A stretch of DNA of 64,000 bases from Octopus sinensis (GCF_006345805.1 NC_043011.1:47938464-48002463), one strand, 5' to 3'; positions 12,421 through 25,229 are shown, counted from the first letter of the stretch. A program made the numbers and translations. The notes: generated by a model not told the origin, from the letters alone.

Positions 12421-12984
12421 AGAATTACATCTTTCAACAGCTTCTCTTCTACATTTTAAAGGATGGCAGAATCTAACTGAAGAGAAATGTGGCTGCTATT
12501 TCTAGCAGTCCAAGTAACTATGTAGAAGCTTCCTTCTTGGCTTGTTTAGTGTCTCATGAATCTATATAAAAATAGTTGAATAGGCCTGTCTATGTGTAGT
12601 ATGCCTTTCAATTTTAATTCTTTGAATTCTTCTTGTAAAGAGGAGACTTATTTCTGAGGAATAAACAAAGCTCCTTTAGAATTTAGATAGCAACAACAGT
12701 AAAAAATTTCATGATGAAATTTTGAAAAAAATCCTTTTACTGTACCACTTAATACCGCTGAATTCAGAGAAATACACTTGAATTTGGAGAAAGCACATCA
12801 GCTCTGTTTCTTTGCTTGGAAATCCACCTTTTCAAGATCATTGCTTTAGAACATAGTAACATAACCAAGTAATTCAATAAAACATTAACTGGTCCATTGG
12901 ATCTTGTTTCTAGCTCATTCATTCATTCAGGCAGGCAGGCAGGCAAACATACTACTGTTCTCAAATGTATATGATGTACAAAGT

Positions 12985-13370
12985 GGAGGCGCAATGGCCC
13001 AGTGGTTAGGGCAGCGGACTCGCGGTCGTAGGATCGCGGTTTCGATTCCCAGACCGGGCGTTGTGAGTGTTTATTGAGCGAAAACACCTAAAGCTCCACG
13101 AGACTCTGGTAGGGGATGGTGGTGATCCCTGCTGTACTCTTTCACCACAACTTTCTCTCACTCTTACTTCCTGTTTCTGTTGTACCTGTATTTCAAAGGG
13201 CCGGCCTTGTCACTCTCTGTGTCACGCTGAATATCCCCGGGAACTACGTTGAGGGTATTATACGTGTCTGTGGAGTGCTCAGCCACTTACACGTTAATTT
13301 CACGAGCAGGCTGTTCCGTTGATTTGGATCAACCGGAACCCTCATCGTCGTAACCGACGGAGTGCTTCCA
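12985..13370 (+). mobile_element. tRNA-derived SINE, E head + Y tail, CpG-rich and probably young
   Basis: A box TGGCCCAGTGG and B box GGTTTCGATTCC. A 12-bp direct repeat ATGATGTACAAA lies at 12971-12982 and 13378-13389 (TSD-like). Confidence 0.9.
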
Positions 13371-13837
13371 AGAAAAAATGATGTACAAAAATAAAAATGG
13401 TAACGCAGGGAACATGATAACAGTTAAAAGTGTAATTATTTATGCTGCTGTTGTTGTTGTTGTTTGCATTTAGGCTCACTCCAAATTTGAATGAGAAGAT
13501 GTGTAATTATGTGATTAAAGGCATCGGGTCTATGTATTCCCTTTTCAAGATGATTAGCTGTAATTTAATGAAAATTTGGTTGCTATTTCTAGTTGGTTGA
13601 ATAACCGCATAGACTCCCTGGTACATGTTGGGGCAGATGATAAACGGCATCTGTACAAAAAGCTCAGCGCTCATCTAGTTAGCTTGAAAGACAGAGAGAG
13701 AGAGGGGGAAGGAGGGAAAGAGAAGAGAGAGAGAGAGAGAGGGAAGGAGGGAAAGAGAGAGAAAGAGAGAGAGAGAGAGAAAGAGAGAGAGGAATACAGA
13801 CAGATAGAAAACTAAAAGGCAAATCTGTGTGAGGATT

Positions 13838-14053
13838 ATTCTTTAACTTGTTTCAGTCATTTGACTGCAGCCATGCTTGAGCACCACCTTTAGTCAAAGA
13901 AATCTTATTCTTTGTAAGCTTAGTACTTATTCTATCAGTCTCTTTTGCTGAACTGCTAATGTTACAGAGACATAAATACACCAGCATCGGTTGTCAAACA
14001 ATGTTGGTGGGGACAAACACAGACACACACAAACATGCAAATATATATATCTA

Positions 14054-14086
<33 letters not shown>

Positions 14087-14089
14087 CTA

Positions 14090-14136
<47 letters not shown>

Positions 14137-14380
14137 ATATATATATATATATGGATCAGTGGTTAGAGAGTCAAGCTTACGATCCTGAGTTCGAATCCTG
14201 GACTGGGTTGCGAGTTGTGTTCTTGAGCAAGACACTTTATTTCATGTTGCTCCAGTTCACTCAGCTGTAGAAATGAGTTGCAACGTCACAAGTGCCAAGC
14301 TGTATCGCTCTGGACTTGTGCTTGGGAGGGTAACTTTCTCGGTGCAATCCCTTGGTCAGTCATGACCGAAGGGGGTCTCA

Positions 14381-14422
<42 letters not shown>

Positions 14423-14570
14423 CGGGCTTTTTTTCTGTTTCCATCTACCAAATCCACTCACAAAGCTTTGGTTGGCCCGAAGCTATAGTAGAAGACACTT
14501 GCCCAAAGTGCCATGCAGTGGGACTGAACCCGGAACCATGTGATTGTTAAGCAATCTACTTACCACACAG
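13838..14570 (-). mobile_element. SINE family A/B split by an insertion in its central microsatellite
   Basis: B segment 13838-14035 and A segment 14422-14570 are separated by (ATCT)n, another SINE and (TA)n. Confidence 0.8.
14152..14382 (+). mobile_element. tRNA-headed SINE (F-type head, Z tail)
   Basis: CAGTGGTTAGAG..GAGTTCGAATCC boxes, then GTGTTCTTGAGCAAGACACTT and CCAGTTCACTCAGCTG. Confidence 0.75.
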
Positions 14571-15407
14571 TCAAAGCTATCAATAAAGCTGCTGGCATTT
14601 GACCAGTCCAAAATGTATATTGTTTTACAATTTGCTCTTCTTACAATCAGAAATGTCTTCCTTCCATAGTAAGACATTTTGCTAACGAATCAATCTAATA
14701 TAACTAATTTGTATCAATTAATTAACATACTTTTTAGTTTCTCCTCAAATAAATAATTTGTGTCTGCAAAACAATTGAAAAAAAAATGAATAATAATAAT
14801 TACAAAATAGATAAAATAAAATAAGAAAAGAAAGCATAAAAACTTTAAAAGCACCCCCAAATAAAACCAGATAAATCTGTGATAATTCAATATAAAGTGA
14901 GTAAAACAATAATAATTCCAAGCAGAATGGTGTAATTGGTTATTGCCATGAAAATGGTGGAAGAGGGTTAGAAAGACAGATATGGTCTTAGTTAATGGAA
15001 GGCTGTAATTAAATAGCAATTCCAATTAATATACCAATCTTAGTAATTAATAGTGTATGAAAAGTAATAACAAAAGAAGAAGAAAATTAAAGAATATATA
15101 CAACCACCTGATATTCCAGGGGACAATTTAAAAATAATTAATTAATGAAACGGAACCTCATAAAACTGCAAAAATTTGTTTGCTATTAATATTTATTGCA
15201 GTTTTTTTTTTTTGGCAGAATTGGCATAGTGCCAGACAAAATGTATTTTGGTATTCAGTTTATTTTGTTCCATCCTTTTATGACCTGCAGGTATGTTAGT
15301 ACTTTTTGTTACAGATCTTGGATCTGTGGTTCTCAACCACTTTTTACCTATGGATCCTTTTGATTCTGTTTTACTCAGATGGACCCCTATATCCGTTTGA
15401 TGTTTAA

Positions 15408-15629
15408 CCCTTTCATTACCAACCCAGCTGAAACCGGCTCTGGCTCTGTAGTACAAATGTCTAGTTTTCATAAGTTTTGAATTAAAATCTTCCACCAAAC
15501 CTTAGTCACAATTTGTGTTCCTAACACTTGCTGAATGATAACTAAGTTATTTTACTCAATTCTTTGTTATATTTAAAATCAATTGAAAGAAACACAGAGC
15601 ACCTCAAAATAAATACCGTAACAAAAGGG
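15408..15629. mobile_element. piggyBac-type MITE, copy 1 (222 bp)
   Basis: TTAA at 15404-15407 and 15630-15633. Termini are CCCTTTCATTAC and GTAACAAAAGGG. Confidence 0.85.
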
Positions 15630-15649
15630 TTAACAAATGATTAATTTAA

Positions 15650-15870
15650 CCCTTTCGATACCAATCCAGCTGAAACCGGCTCTGGCTCTGAGTACAAATG
15701 TCTTGTTTTCATAAGTTTTGAATTAAAATCTTCCACCAAACCTTAGTCACAATTTATGTTCCTAACACTAGCTGAACGATAACTAAGTTATTTTACTAAA
15801 TTCTTTGTTATATTTAAAATCAATTGAAAGAAACACAGAGCATCTCAAAATAAATACAGTAATGAAAGGG
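15650..15870. mobile_element. piggyBac-type MITE, copy 2 (221 bp)
   Basis: TTAA at 15646-15649 and TTGA at 15871-15874. Near-identical to copy 1. Confidence 0.85.
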
Positions 15871-15970
15871 TTGAAAAGTCCTATTATAAATTTTATAATT
15901 AAATATTATTAGGAAATGTATGAAAACCAAATTCTTAGAATGTTTTGTATATTTTTTTATTCTTTCTTTT

Positions 15971-16338
15971 TCTTTTACTCGTTTCAGTAATTTGAATGCA
16001 GTCATGCTGGAGCACCAGCTCAAACGGTCTTAGTCAAAGAAATTGACCCAAGGACTTATTATTTGTAAGCCTGGTACTTATTCAATCGGTTTCTTTTGCC
16101 AAACTACTAAGTTACAGGAACATAAACACACTAGCATTGGTTGTCAAGTGATGGTGGGGGGGGGGGACTAACAAACACACACACATATACATATACGACA
16201 GGCTTCTTTCAGATTTTGTCTTCTATATCCACTCACAAGACTGAGGCTGTAGTATAAGACATTTGCTCAAGGTGCCGTGCAGCAGGACTGAACCTGGAAT
16301 CATGTGGTTGGGAAGCAAGCTTCTTACCACACAGCCAC
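15971..16338 (-). mobile_element. SINE family A/B (diverged)
   Basis: A and B segments on the reverse strand. Confidence 0.8.
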
Positions 16339-16641
16339 AATCAATTCATTGCACATAAAATTTTAGAAGAAAATCTTACGATGACCCTCAAGGGTCATGC
16401 AGACCCCGGATGAGAATCATTGCCTTAAAAGGGATGCAACGCAAAAATCAACATCATCAGGAACTGAATTTAGATAATCCAGGGATTTATGGATAATCCT
16501 ACTAACGCCATTAAAGAAACACATAAGCTAGGATACTCATACTTCCCTGCATGATGTAAATTAAATTCCTAGAACAGTATATACATGTTTTATTCCAGAT
16601 GAACCAATTATAAATTCCTTTATAACTGGTTTTATGCTCAC

Positions 16642-16679
16642 AAGCAATATCTGTGGAAATTTCATGGCTATCTCAAAAG
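16642..16679 (-). CDS. Candidate exon of the minus-strand host gene (3' boundary uncertain)
   Basis: Acceptor TTATTATCTTGTAG, phase-1 start, SFEIAMKFPQILL, donor GTGAGC. The frame stays open further (VSIKPVIKEFIIGSSGIKH) to an alternative GTATAT donor. Confidence 0.35.
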
Positions 16680-16713
16680 CTACAAGATAATAACTAGAAG
16701 TTTAAAGGGAGCT

Positions 16714-17060
16714 ATCATCATCATCATCATCGTTTAACGTCCGCTTTCCATGCTAGCATGGGTTGGACGGTTCAACTGGGGTCTGGCAAGCCCGAAGGCT
16801 GCACCAGGCCAGTCAGAATCTGGCAGTGTTTCTACAGCTGGATGCCCTTCCTAACGCCAACCACTCCAAGAGTGTAGTGGGTGATTTTATGTGCCACCAA
16901 CACAGGTGCCAGACGAGGCTGGCAGACGGCCACGCTCGGATGGTGTTTTCTTATGTGCCACCGACACAGGTGCCAGACGAGGCTGGCGAACGGCCATGAC
17001 CGAATGGTGTTTGTTACGTGCCCACAGCACGGAGGCCAGCACGGAGGCCAGCACGGAGCT
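16714..17060 (-). mobile_element. Repeat family D
   Basis: (CAT)n tail, conserved body and three internal sub-repeats. Confidence 0.85.
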
Positions 17061-17129
17061 ATGAAATATATTATTTCTTTTGAAATTTTATTTTATTTGA
17101 GGCATTTTATAATAATAATAATAATAATG

Positions 17130-17167
<38 letters not shown>

Positions 17168-17428
17168 TGTGTACAGTGCTCAGGTGCACTACAACTCATC
17201 TAAAATTATTGTTTAAATGGTGTAAAAGTTTATCTTGGTAGTATTATATGTGCAGTTTTAAGAGACACCATTACTGGAGGCTATAGTCTTTGTTGTATTC
17301 TGTCACCTCTTCTTCTACCCTGTGGTTTGTTTGCTATTATTTTCGTCTTTGTGTCAAAAAGTAAACAATCTTAACTATGGAATGAAACCAAAGATGTAAT
17401 CTAGTTATAACATTATTCTGGTACTATA

Positions 17429-18035
17429 AGGTGGCAAGCTGGCAGAATTGTTACCATGCTGGACAGAATACTTAGCAGCATTTTGTCTGTCTTCAAATCC
17501 CACTAAGATTGGCCTGCCGGGCGAAATGCTTAATGGTATTTCGTCTGTCGTTACATTCTGAGCTCAAATTCCGCCGAGGTCGACTTTGCCTTTCATCCTT
17601 TCGGGGTCAATTAGATAAGTACCAGTTACACACTAGGGTCGATATAATCGACTTAACCCGTTTGTCTGTCCTTGTTTGTCCCCTCTGTGTTTAGCCCCTT
17701 GTGGGTAGTAAAGAAATAGGTATTTCCTCTGTTGTTATGTTCTGAGTTCAAATTCCTCCGAGGTCGACTTTGCCTTTCATCCTTTTGGGGTCAATTAGAT
17801 AAGTGCCAGTTACACACTGGGGTCGATATAATCGACTTAATCCATTTGTCTGTCCTTGTTTGTCTCCTCTGTGTGTAGCCCCTTGTGGGCAGTAAAGAAA
17901 TAAGGTTGGCTTTCCTTTTCATGCTTTTGAGGTCAATAAAATAAGTACCAGTTGAGCACTGGGGTTGATATAATCAACTTACCACATTCCCTAACAGTGC
18001 TGGTCTTGTGCGAAAATTTGAAATCAATATTATTC
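17429..18035 (+). mobile_element. SINE family C cluster: head-to-tail dimer inside an older copy
   Basis: Old head 17429-17505, two younger units about 17515-17720 and 17721-17900, old core resuming about 17904. Confidence 0.75.
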
Positions 18036-18248
18036 TGATGCTATACAACTATGTGAGTGAAGCTTTAACAATCCATAATATACTGATTCCATCCTTATTT
18101 TTAATTTTTATATCAGATTAAAGTTTTAGGGATTAATCATGAACTAAAAGTCCCAATGAGCAAAGTATCATGGCTGACTCCCTCAGCTGTGGATTCTAAA
18201 AATTTAAGAGAAATATAGACACAGGTAAGCATGAGTGGTTTAAGTGCA

Positions 18249-18652
18249 GGAGTGGCTGTGTGGTAAGTAGTTTGCTTACGAACCACTTGGTTCTGGGTTC
18301 AGTCCCACTGTGTGGCACCTTGGGCAAGTGTCTTCTACTATAGCCTCTTGCCGACCAAAGCCTTGTGAGTGGATTTGGTAGACGGAGACTGAAAGAATCC
18401 CATTGTACATATATATGTATGTGTGTGTGTGTGTGTATGTTTGTGTGTCTGTGTTTGTCCCCCCCCCAACATCGCTTGACAAACAATGTTGGTGTGTTTA
18501 CGCTCTCATCACTTAGCGATTCGGCAATGGAGATCGATAGAATAAGTACTAAGCTTACAAAGAATAAGTCCTGGGGTCGATTTGCTTGACTAAGGGTGGT
18601 GCTCCAGCATGGCCACAGTCAAATGACTGAAACAAATAAAAGAATAAAAGAA
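18249..18652 (+). mobile_element. SINE family A/B, full length, followed by an older A fragment (18657-18780)
   Basis: Complete A and B segments. A diverged A-type body resumes directly after the tail. Confidence 0.85.
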
Positions 18653-18848
18653 TTTGAGTCCACATGATTCTTGGTTCAGTCCCACTGCATAGCACTGTGT
18701 GCAAGTGTCTTCTACTTTGACCTCATGATAATCAATGCCTTGAGTGAAATTTGGTAGACAGCTATAATATGGAAGTCCACTGTGTGTGTAAGTATACATA
18801 CATGCATGCATGCATGCATACATACACACATACATACATATACATACA

Positions 18849-18882
<34 letters not shown>

Positions 18883-19162
18883 CATACATACATAATTGTC
18901 TGTAATTATTGAGGCATTGGGATATGTAACACACTGCCTAAATGCCAATCTTGAGAAAGTAGGCTTCTCAAAACCAGAAAGGAAAGCCGATTCGAAGACT
19001 ACAGATCCAATCCATCAATGGAACTGTAAAAATCTGCAAAACTTTCCAGAAGTTTATCATATAAGTATATATGAGAATGTCTAAACATGCAACGATATGC
19101 ATGAGAGTACATACATAAAACAAAGCATATAAATCTATATACATACATATATACATACAAAA

Positions 19163-19263
19163 ATATCTTGTTGATGTTAAAATTCCAATGAAGGAGCCTT
19201 GGATCTAGGTTAGAAACTGGTTCTTTCTCTATTGGCAAGAAATTTTGAAATAAAACTGAATGA
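19163..19263 (+). mobile_element. (TA)n-adjacent short element with a degenerate hammerhead-like layout
   Basis: CCAATGA (19185-19191), A, GGAGCCT-TGGATCT-AGGT, GAAAC (19213-19217). The core has two changes from CTGATGA. Confidence 0.3.
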
Positions 19264-19316
19264 CATATATATATATATATATACACATATACATATATAT
19301 ATTTATATATGACAGA

Positions 19317-19476
19317 CTACACTCGTGGAGTGGTTGGCGTTAGAAAGGGCATCCAGCTGTAGAAACTCTGCCAGATCAGACTGGAGCCTGGTGCAGCCCC
19401 TGGCTTCCCAGACCCCGGTCGAACTGTCCAACACGTGCTAGCGCGGAAAACGGACGTTAAACGATGATGATGATGA
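19317..19476 (+). mobile_element. Repeat family D (3' part)
   Basis: GGTTGGCGTTAGAAAGGGCATCCAGCTGTAG...GTTAAACGATGATGATG. Confidence 0.85.
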
Positions 19477-19856
19477 TATATATATATTTATATATATATA
19501 TACATTGCATGTTTACAATTAAGGACACACACACACACATATTTATATACACACACACACACACTCATAGAGATACAAGGATAGATAGAGACAGAGAGAA
19601 AGTGAGAGAGAGAGAATTAAACAAAGCAGACAGACAATTTAAAAGAAGCAAACTTGAAAACTAAAATGCATCTCAATCAGAAATCATTTTATATTTAAAT
19701 TGAAAAGAATTGAGACCGTCTGAGGTTGCTTTACCATCTATTATTTCTCAGCTTATTCCTCACCGAAATGCTGATATACAAAGCGTCTTTGTTTAAGAAA
19801 CACCTAACCATCCATGCAGTTATCCACTAACTCAACAATCACTACCAAAAACGAAA

Positions 19857-19889
<33 letters not shown>

Positions 19890-20161
19890 AGGAAAGAAAG
19901 CAAGAAAGCAAATACTGAACAATATGATATCCTGATCTGTATGGTGTCATGTTGACTAACTTCTCGAATGGTATATATCCACAGAATTTGTATTGAATCA
20001 CACAAGAGACAGGTTCTGTAAAGCTGTTCTTAGATTTCCAAGATTCTGAGATTCATTTAAAAGCCTGACAGAATATCTTTCTGCTTCGGCTAATCCATTT
20101 GTTTTATCGTCAGAAACAGTTTTGTCCTCAACAAAAATTACAGTATCACTACTACTACTAG

Positions 20162-20193
<32 letters not shown>

Positions 20194-20263
20194 TACTACT
20201 ACTACTACACACTGCACTCACATGCATGTACATTGACAAGTATTGAGATGTACGCATGTGCAT

Positions 20264-20604
20264 TTATATATATATATATATATTTATATGTGTGTGTGTG
20301 TGTATGTGTGTGCATTTGTATGCATGTATGTATGTATTATGTATGTGTTTGTATATGCATGTGTGTGTATGTATATAAGTATGTTATAAATATGAATAGA
20401 GAGAGAGAAAGAGTGAGAGGTGGAGGAGGGGAAAAAGTGGGAAATGGAAATGGAAAGGAAAGACAAAATGGCAATAAGTCCTCTATTATCTATACTGGTG
20501 TCTTTTTCTTTCTTTCTCACCCCCACCAGATATATATATATACAAACACACACACACACACACATACACACATATATATACATTCATACATCCATACATA
20601 TATA

Positions 20605-20654
<50 letters not shown>

Positions 20655-20830
20655 TATATGCATATATATATACATATATATATACATATATATACATATA
20701 GATATACATATAGATAAACATATATATACATATATATATATATATATACATATACATGCATATATATATGTGTGTGTGTATATATATATATATATATGCA
20801 TTTACGTATATAAACTTATAATATACATGT
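20264..20830. repeat. Compound (TA)/(CA)/(TATG) microsatellite region
   Basis: Direct inspection. It is the source of several spurious ORFs. Confidence 0.9.
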
Positions 20831-20875
20831 GTACACAATATGCAGAGACACATTACTTACAAATATAGACATCAC

Positions 20876-20908
<33 letters not shown>

Positions 20909-21199
20909 GACATGCCTATGAGTATATGCTTCTCTCTCTCTCTCTCTCAGTGGGTATGCACAGTGTATGTTTACAGACAACATTACTACAAGCTTACAGA
21001 AATATTATCAGGTATTAGCATGTTGTTCATTGTGTGTCGTTATTACATACACAGCAGGGTTTAATTCTAAATTACTCGCAAGAAATTCTGTACGGGATTT
21101 TCTTATGTGAAATCCATAATATTCAAATGACAGAGATTAAAAAAGTTATTCACTAACTTTACTCAGCATTGCAAGAATTGTGGCTGTTGCTGCTAATGT

Positions 21200-21790
21200 T
21201 GGGTTCAAATTTTGGCACAATGAAGGGGTAAAAATGATTAACCAGGTGAAGGGGTAAAATAATTATAGTGACCCCCCAGTAATATAATAGTACTTGTTTT
21301 ATTAGCCCTGAAAGGATGAAGGGCAAAATTTGACTTTGATGGTATGTGAACTTAGAGCATAAAGATGGACAAAATGCTGCAAAAACTTTTTGCCTTGTAT
21401 CCTTAAATCCATAAAAATGTTTTAGCCCGAAGGCCGCGGCCATGCTGGGGCACCACCGCTGAGATTATGCTAATGATTTTTTTTTTATTCAAGGCACAAA
21501 GTTCGAAATTTTGTGAGAGGGGGCCAGTCGATTAGATCGACCCCAGCATGCTAATACTTAATTTATCGACTCCAGTAGGCAACTGGTACTTAATTTATCG
21601 ACCCTGAAAGAATGAAAGGCAAAGTTGGCCTAAGCAGAATTTGAAATCAGAACATAAAGACAGACATAATACCACTGAGCATTTCACCCGGCATGCTAAC
21701 GCTTCTTATTTCTTTATTGCCCACAAGGGCTAAACGTAGAGGGGACAGACAAAGACAAAGGGATTAAGTCGATTACATCGACCCCGGTGC
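21200..21790 (-). mobile_element. Cluster of SINE family C copies and fragments
   Basis: Core GATGAAAGGCAAAGT-like motifs at about 21315 and 21610, plus a tail fragment at 21705-21790. Confidence 0.7.
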
Positions 21791-22342
21791 GTATGTATTG
21801 AAACATTTGTAGCAATTAAAAAGCTGCCTGACCGTACTTATTCTTCCTTCTTTTGACTTTTGACTTTTTATATATATTATATATATAATATATATATATA
21901 TATATTATATATATATATATAGGTAGATAGATATATATTCACACACACACACACATATATTTATATTAAAGTGGTTACATGAGAAAGCCTGAAAAGTGAG
22001 AGTTGTAAAGAGTAAATTGAAATCTCAAAGAATGAACTTTGCTATACATTTTAAAGTATTATTAGATAATTCTTGCTTTACTGGTTTGCCTCGATAAATT
22101 CAACCACTTTGGGAATTCCTTATGTTTCAAAACTTTGCCAGGAGTTGTTGTGTCAAGAGTCATTAGCTTGTATTGTGTTTACATATTAACTCTGATTTGT
22201 GACTATTCATTTGTGCTATTAAATAACTGGGCTCCGATGATGTATGACTTTGCTAATCATTTAAGCCGGGTACTTGAAATATTCTGACATATTAATTTAG
22301 ATTTATGCACATTCATAGAAATACACCAAGCACATAGGAATA

Positions 22343-22396
<54 letters not shown>

Positions 22397-22779
22397 GAGA
22401 AAGATACATCTTCATGCATTTGCATCATGTTACGTGTGTGTGTTGTGTGTGTATGTGTGTGCAGGTACTTCCAGAGAAATTTAATCATAATTATCACTAG
22501 TGAATGACTACTATTATTATTATTGTTGCTGTTGTTGTTGTAATTTATATATTTATGATTTACGCTTTGAGGAATGCACCAATCATTTTTCTCCCATCAC
22601 CGAGTAATAGGTGCATCTCAGAAAAATCAAAAAAAAAAAAGTAATGTATGCGACAATATTGAATTTTAACAAATACTATGAACGTCTGTTGTAACAAATA
22701 TACAAACTACACACTACATCAGTAGCAAAATCATGCCATGGACTTGAACTCACGGCCATTGCTCAGTTAAGTAAATATA

Positions 22780-23091
22780 GGAGCACTCCATTGGTTATGA
22801 TGACGAGGGTCCCAGCTGATATGATCATCGGAACAGCTTGCTCATGAAATTAACATCTAAGTGGCTGAGCACTCCACAGACACGTGTACCCTTAAAGTAG
22901 TTCTCGGGGAGATTCAGCATGACTCAGACTGTGACAAGGCCGGCCCTTTGAAATACAGGTACTACTCGATTTTGGCAGCTGAATGGACTGGAGCAATGTG
23001 AAATAAAGTGTCTTGCTCAAGGACACAATGCATCGCCAGGAATTGAACTCACGACCTTACGATCACGAGCCGAATGCCCCTAACCACTAAG
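22780..23091 (-). mobile_element. tRNA-derived SINE, F head + Y tail
   Basis: The head (TTAGTGGTTAGGGGCATTCGGCTC..GAGTTCAATTCC) differs from 12985, but the tail from GTACCTGTATTTCAAAGGGCCGG to GGAGTGCTCC is shared with it. Confidence 0.85.
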
Positions 23092-23172
23092 TAAGAACAA
23101 CACTCCATATGACCATCTTTCCAATGTGGCTACAGTAGCACCACTGATGGTATACAAATGACGAAAACATAC

Positions 23173-23270
23173 AAAAGGAATTATTTTGGCCAGTTGTCCA
23201 AATTCTCTGGACATGTTCAGCTGCTAGTAACTCTGTTATCACTTTAAAGATGTTAAAAATTGCACTAATT
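23173..23270 (-). CDS. Candidate internal exon, 98 bp, phase 2 to 1
   Basis: Acceptor TCTACTCTGTCTTTTAG, donor GTATGT, open frame ISAIFNIFKVITELLAAEHVQRIWTTGQNNSF, non-repetitive sequence. Confidence 0.55.
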
Positions 23271-23599
23271 CTAAAAGACAGAGTAGAATTTGGCAAATTG
23301 TTCAAATGTTTATATTCACATAGCAATCTCATGACTGGAGATCATTAAAAATAAAATGGTATTTATTCTGGCTGACAAAACATCAATCTACGAGAGGAAG
23401 AGTGGACAAGATTAAAACTTTTTCTGATCTTTACCATTCTTCCGGAGAATTCTCACAAATTCCGTTGACAGAAAATTTCGTCATGAAAAATTGATCAAAA
23501 GATTAACCAATTAATGCATTTTTGGAACAAATAAACTATAAAGTTGCCAAAGACTTCCTTTTCTTCTTTGCTCATGTCATGTTTTTGGCACCGGAAACC

Positions 23600-23623
23600 A
23601 TCATCATCATCACCTTCTTCTTC

Positions 23624-23681
<58 letters not shown>

Positions 23682-23686
23682 CCACC

Positions 23687-23717
<31 letters not shown>

Positions 23718-23719
23718 CC

Positions 23720-23759
<40 letters not shown>

Positions 23760-23830
23760 CCTTCATCATTATCATCATCATCATCACCATCATCATCATT
23801 ATCATCATTGTCATCAATGTCAATGTCATC
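23600..23830. repeat. (CAT)n microsatellite followed by (CCA)n
   Basis: Direct inspection. Confidence 0.95.
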
Positions 23831-24261
23831 CTAAGAATAGTCATCATCAACATTATCATTCTCAAGATTATTGTTGTCACGACTAGCATCTCTGTTCCAC
23901 CACCACCACCACCACCACCACCGCTGCCACCACCACCGCTACTGCCACTGCCACCGCTACCAACACCGCCACTAATGATAATGTCTCTCCTATCAACAAT
24001 AGTACATTTATTAATTTAACTAATGTCAACATCATCCTCCATCCATGTATGTCAGTAATACTTCAATCTTTGGTCATACATTCTATTGTAAACATCATCA
24101 AAGGGTCATGCTAGGGGGTCACTTGATTTGTTAGAAACAGCAGCAAAATTGCCCTCAAATAGAAATAGAATAGAAATAGCTAAGCCTTCTCCAAATGACA
24201 CCATACCATCTTAAAAAAGAAGAACACCAGGATTTGAACTCAAAATACAAAAGCAGGCAAT

Positions 24262-25050
24262 TAAATACTCTTTTCTACTCTAGGCCCAAAATATTGGGGA
24301 ATGGGGCCAGTCGATTAGATTGTCCCCAGTATGCAACTGGTACTTAACTTATCGACCCTGAAAGGATGAAAGGTAAAGTTGACCTTGGCAGAATTTGAAC
24401 TCAGAACCTGAAGGCAGACAAAATACCACTAAGCATTTCACCCGGTGTGATAGTGTTTCTGCCAGCTCGCTGCCTTAAGGCAAATAAATATTGACTTCAA
24501 ATTTTAGCACAAAGTCATCATGTTCAGTGATGGAGGTGGTGGGTAAGTTGATTATATCAACCCCAGTGTCCAACTGGTACTTATATTTTTTAATTTTTTT
24601 ATGCGCCCTTTTCAAGCCTAGCCAGGCTCATGGGCCCGGTTTCCCAGTTTCTGTGGCGTATGTGTTCTCCCCCAGCTGGACGGGACACCAGTCCATTGCA
24701 GCATTACCCAAGAAACAGGAAGAAAGAGTGAGAGAAAGTTGTGGCAAAGAGTACAACAGGGGTCGCCACCACCTCCTGCCAGAGCCTCATGGACCTTTTA
24801 GGTGTTTTCACTAAATAAACACACACAACGCCTGGTCTGGGAATCGAAACCACGATCCTCCGACCACAAGTCCGCTGCCCTAACCACTGGGCCATTGCGC
24901 CTCCACGGTACTTATTTTACTGACCCCAAAATGATGAAAGGCAAAGTTGCCCATGGCAGGATTTGAACTCAGAATGGAAAGTCAGAAGTCAGAAGAAATG
25001 CCACTAAACATTTTGTCCAGCATGGTAATAATTCTAGAGGCAATTAAATA
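24262..25050 (-). mobile_element. Two SINE family C copies, the second split by an E SINE
   Basis: First copy 24262-24479. Second copy 24485-24590 plus 24907-25050. Confidence 0.75.
24599..24904 (-). mobile_element. tRNA-derived SINE, E head + X tail
   Basis: Same head as 12985. A 9-bp direct repeat GGTACTTAT lies at 24576-24584 and 24907-24915. Confidence 0.9.
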
Positions 25051-25229
25051 TTGCAGGACTTAATCGTTCAGTGATCTGCAGCTTTTGATTTCTCATGTTG
25101 TCTCAATATTTGCATTTATTGGATGGCATAAGAGTAGATATTTCAATATGCTGGGGATGTCAACTTAACAAAAGGTTGAAAGAATTCTAAGAATAATTTC
25201 TGGAATTGATCAAGAAAATTTTTATCCAA

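Larger units (their letters stand above)
15324..16422. mobile_element. hAT-like MITE disrupted by nested insertions
   Basis: Left end CTGTGGTTCTCAACC and right end GGATGAGAATCATTG are degenerate TIRs. The left part aligns with the related copy at 46289-46652 up to ATGTTTAA. Confidence 0.5.

Noticed and set aside
12985-13060. tRNA gene
   Set aside because: A and B boxes are present, but there is no closed acceptor stem. The sequence continues into a SINE body with a TSD and recurs at 24599 and 26032.
19764-19841. Minus-strand exon with a strong pyrimidine tract and GTGAGG donor
   Set aside because: All three frames contain stops.
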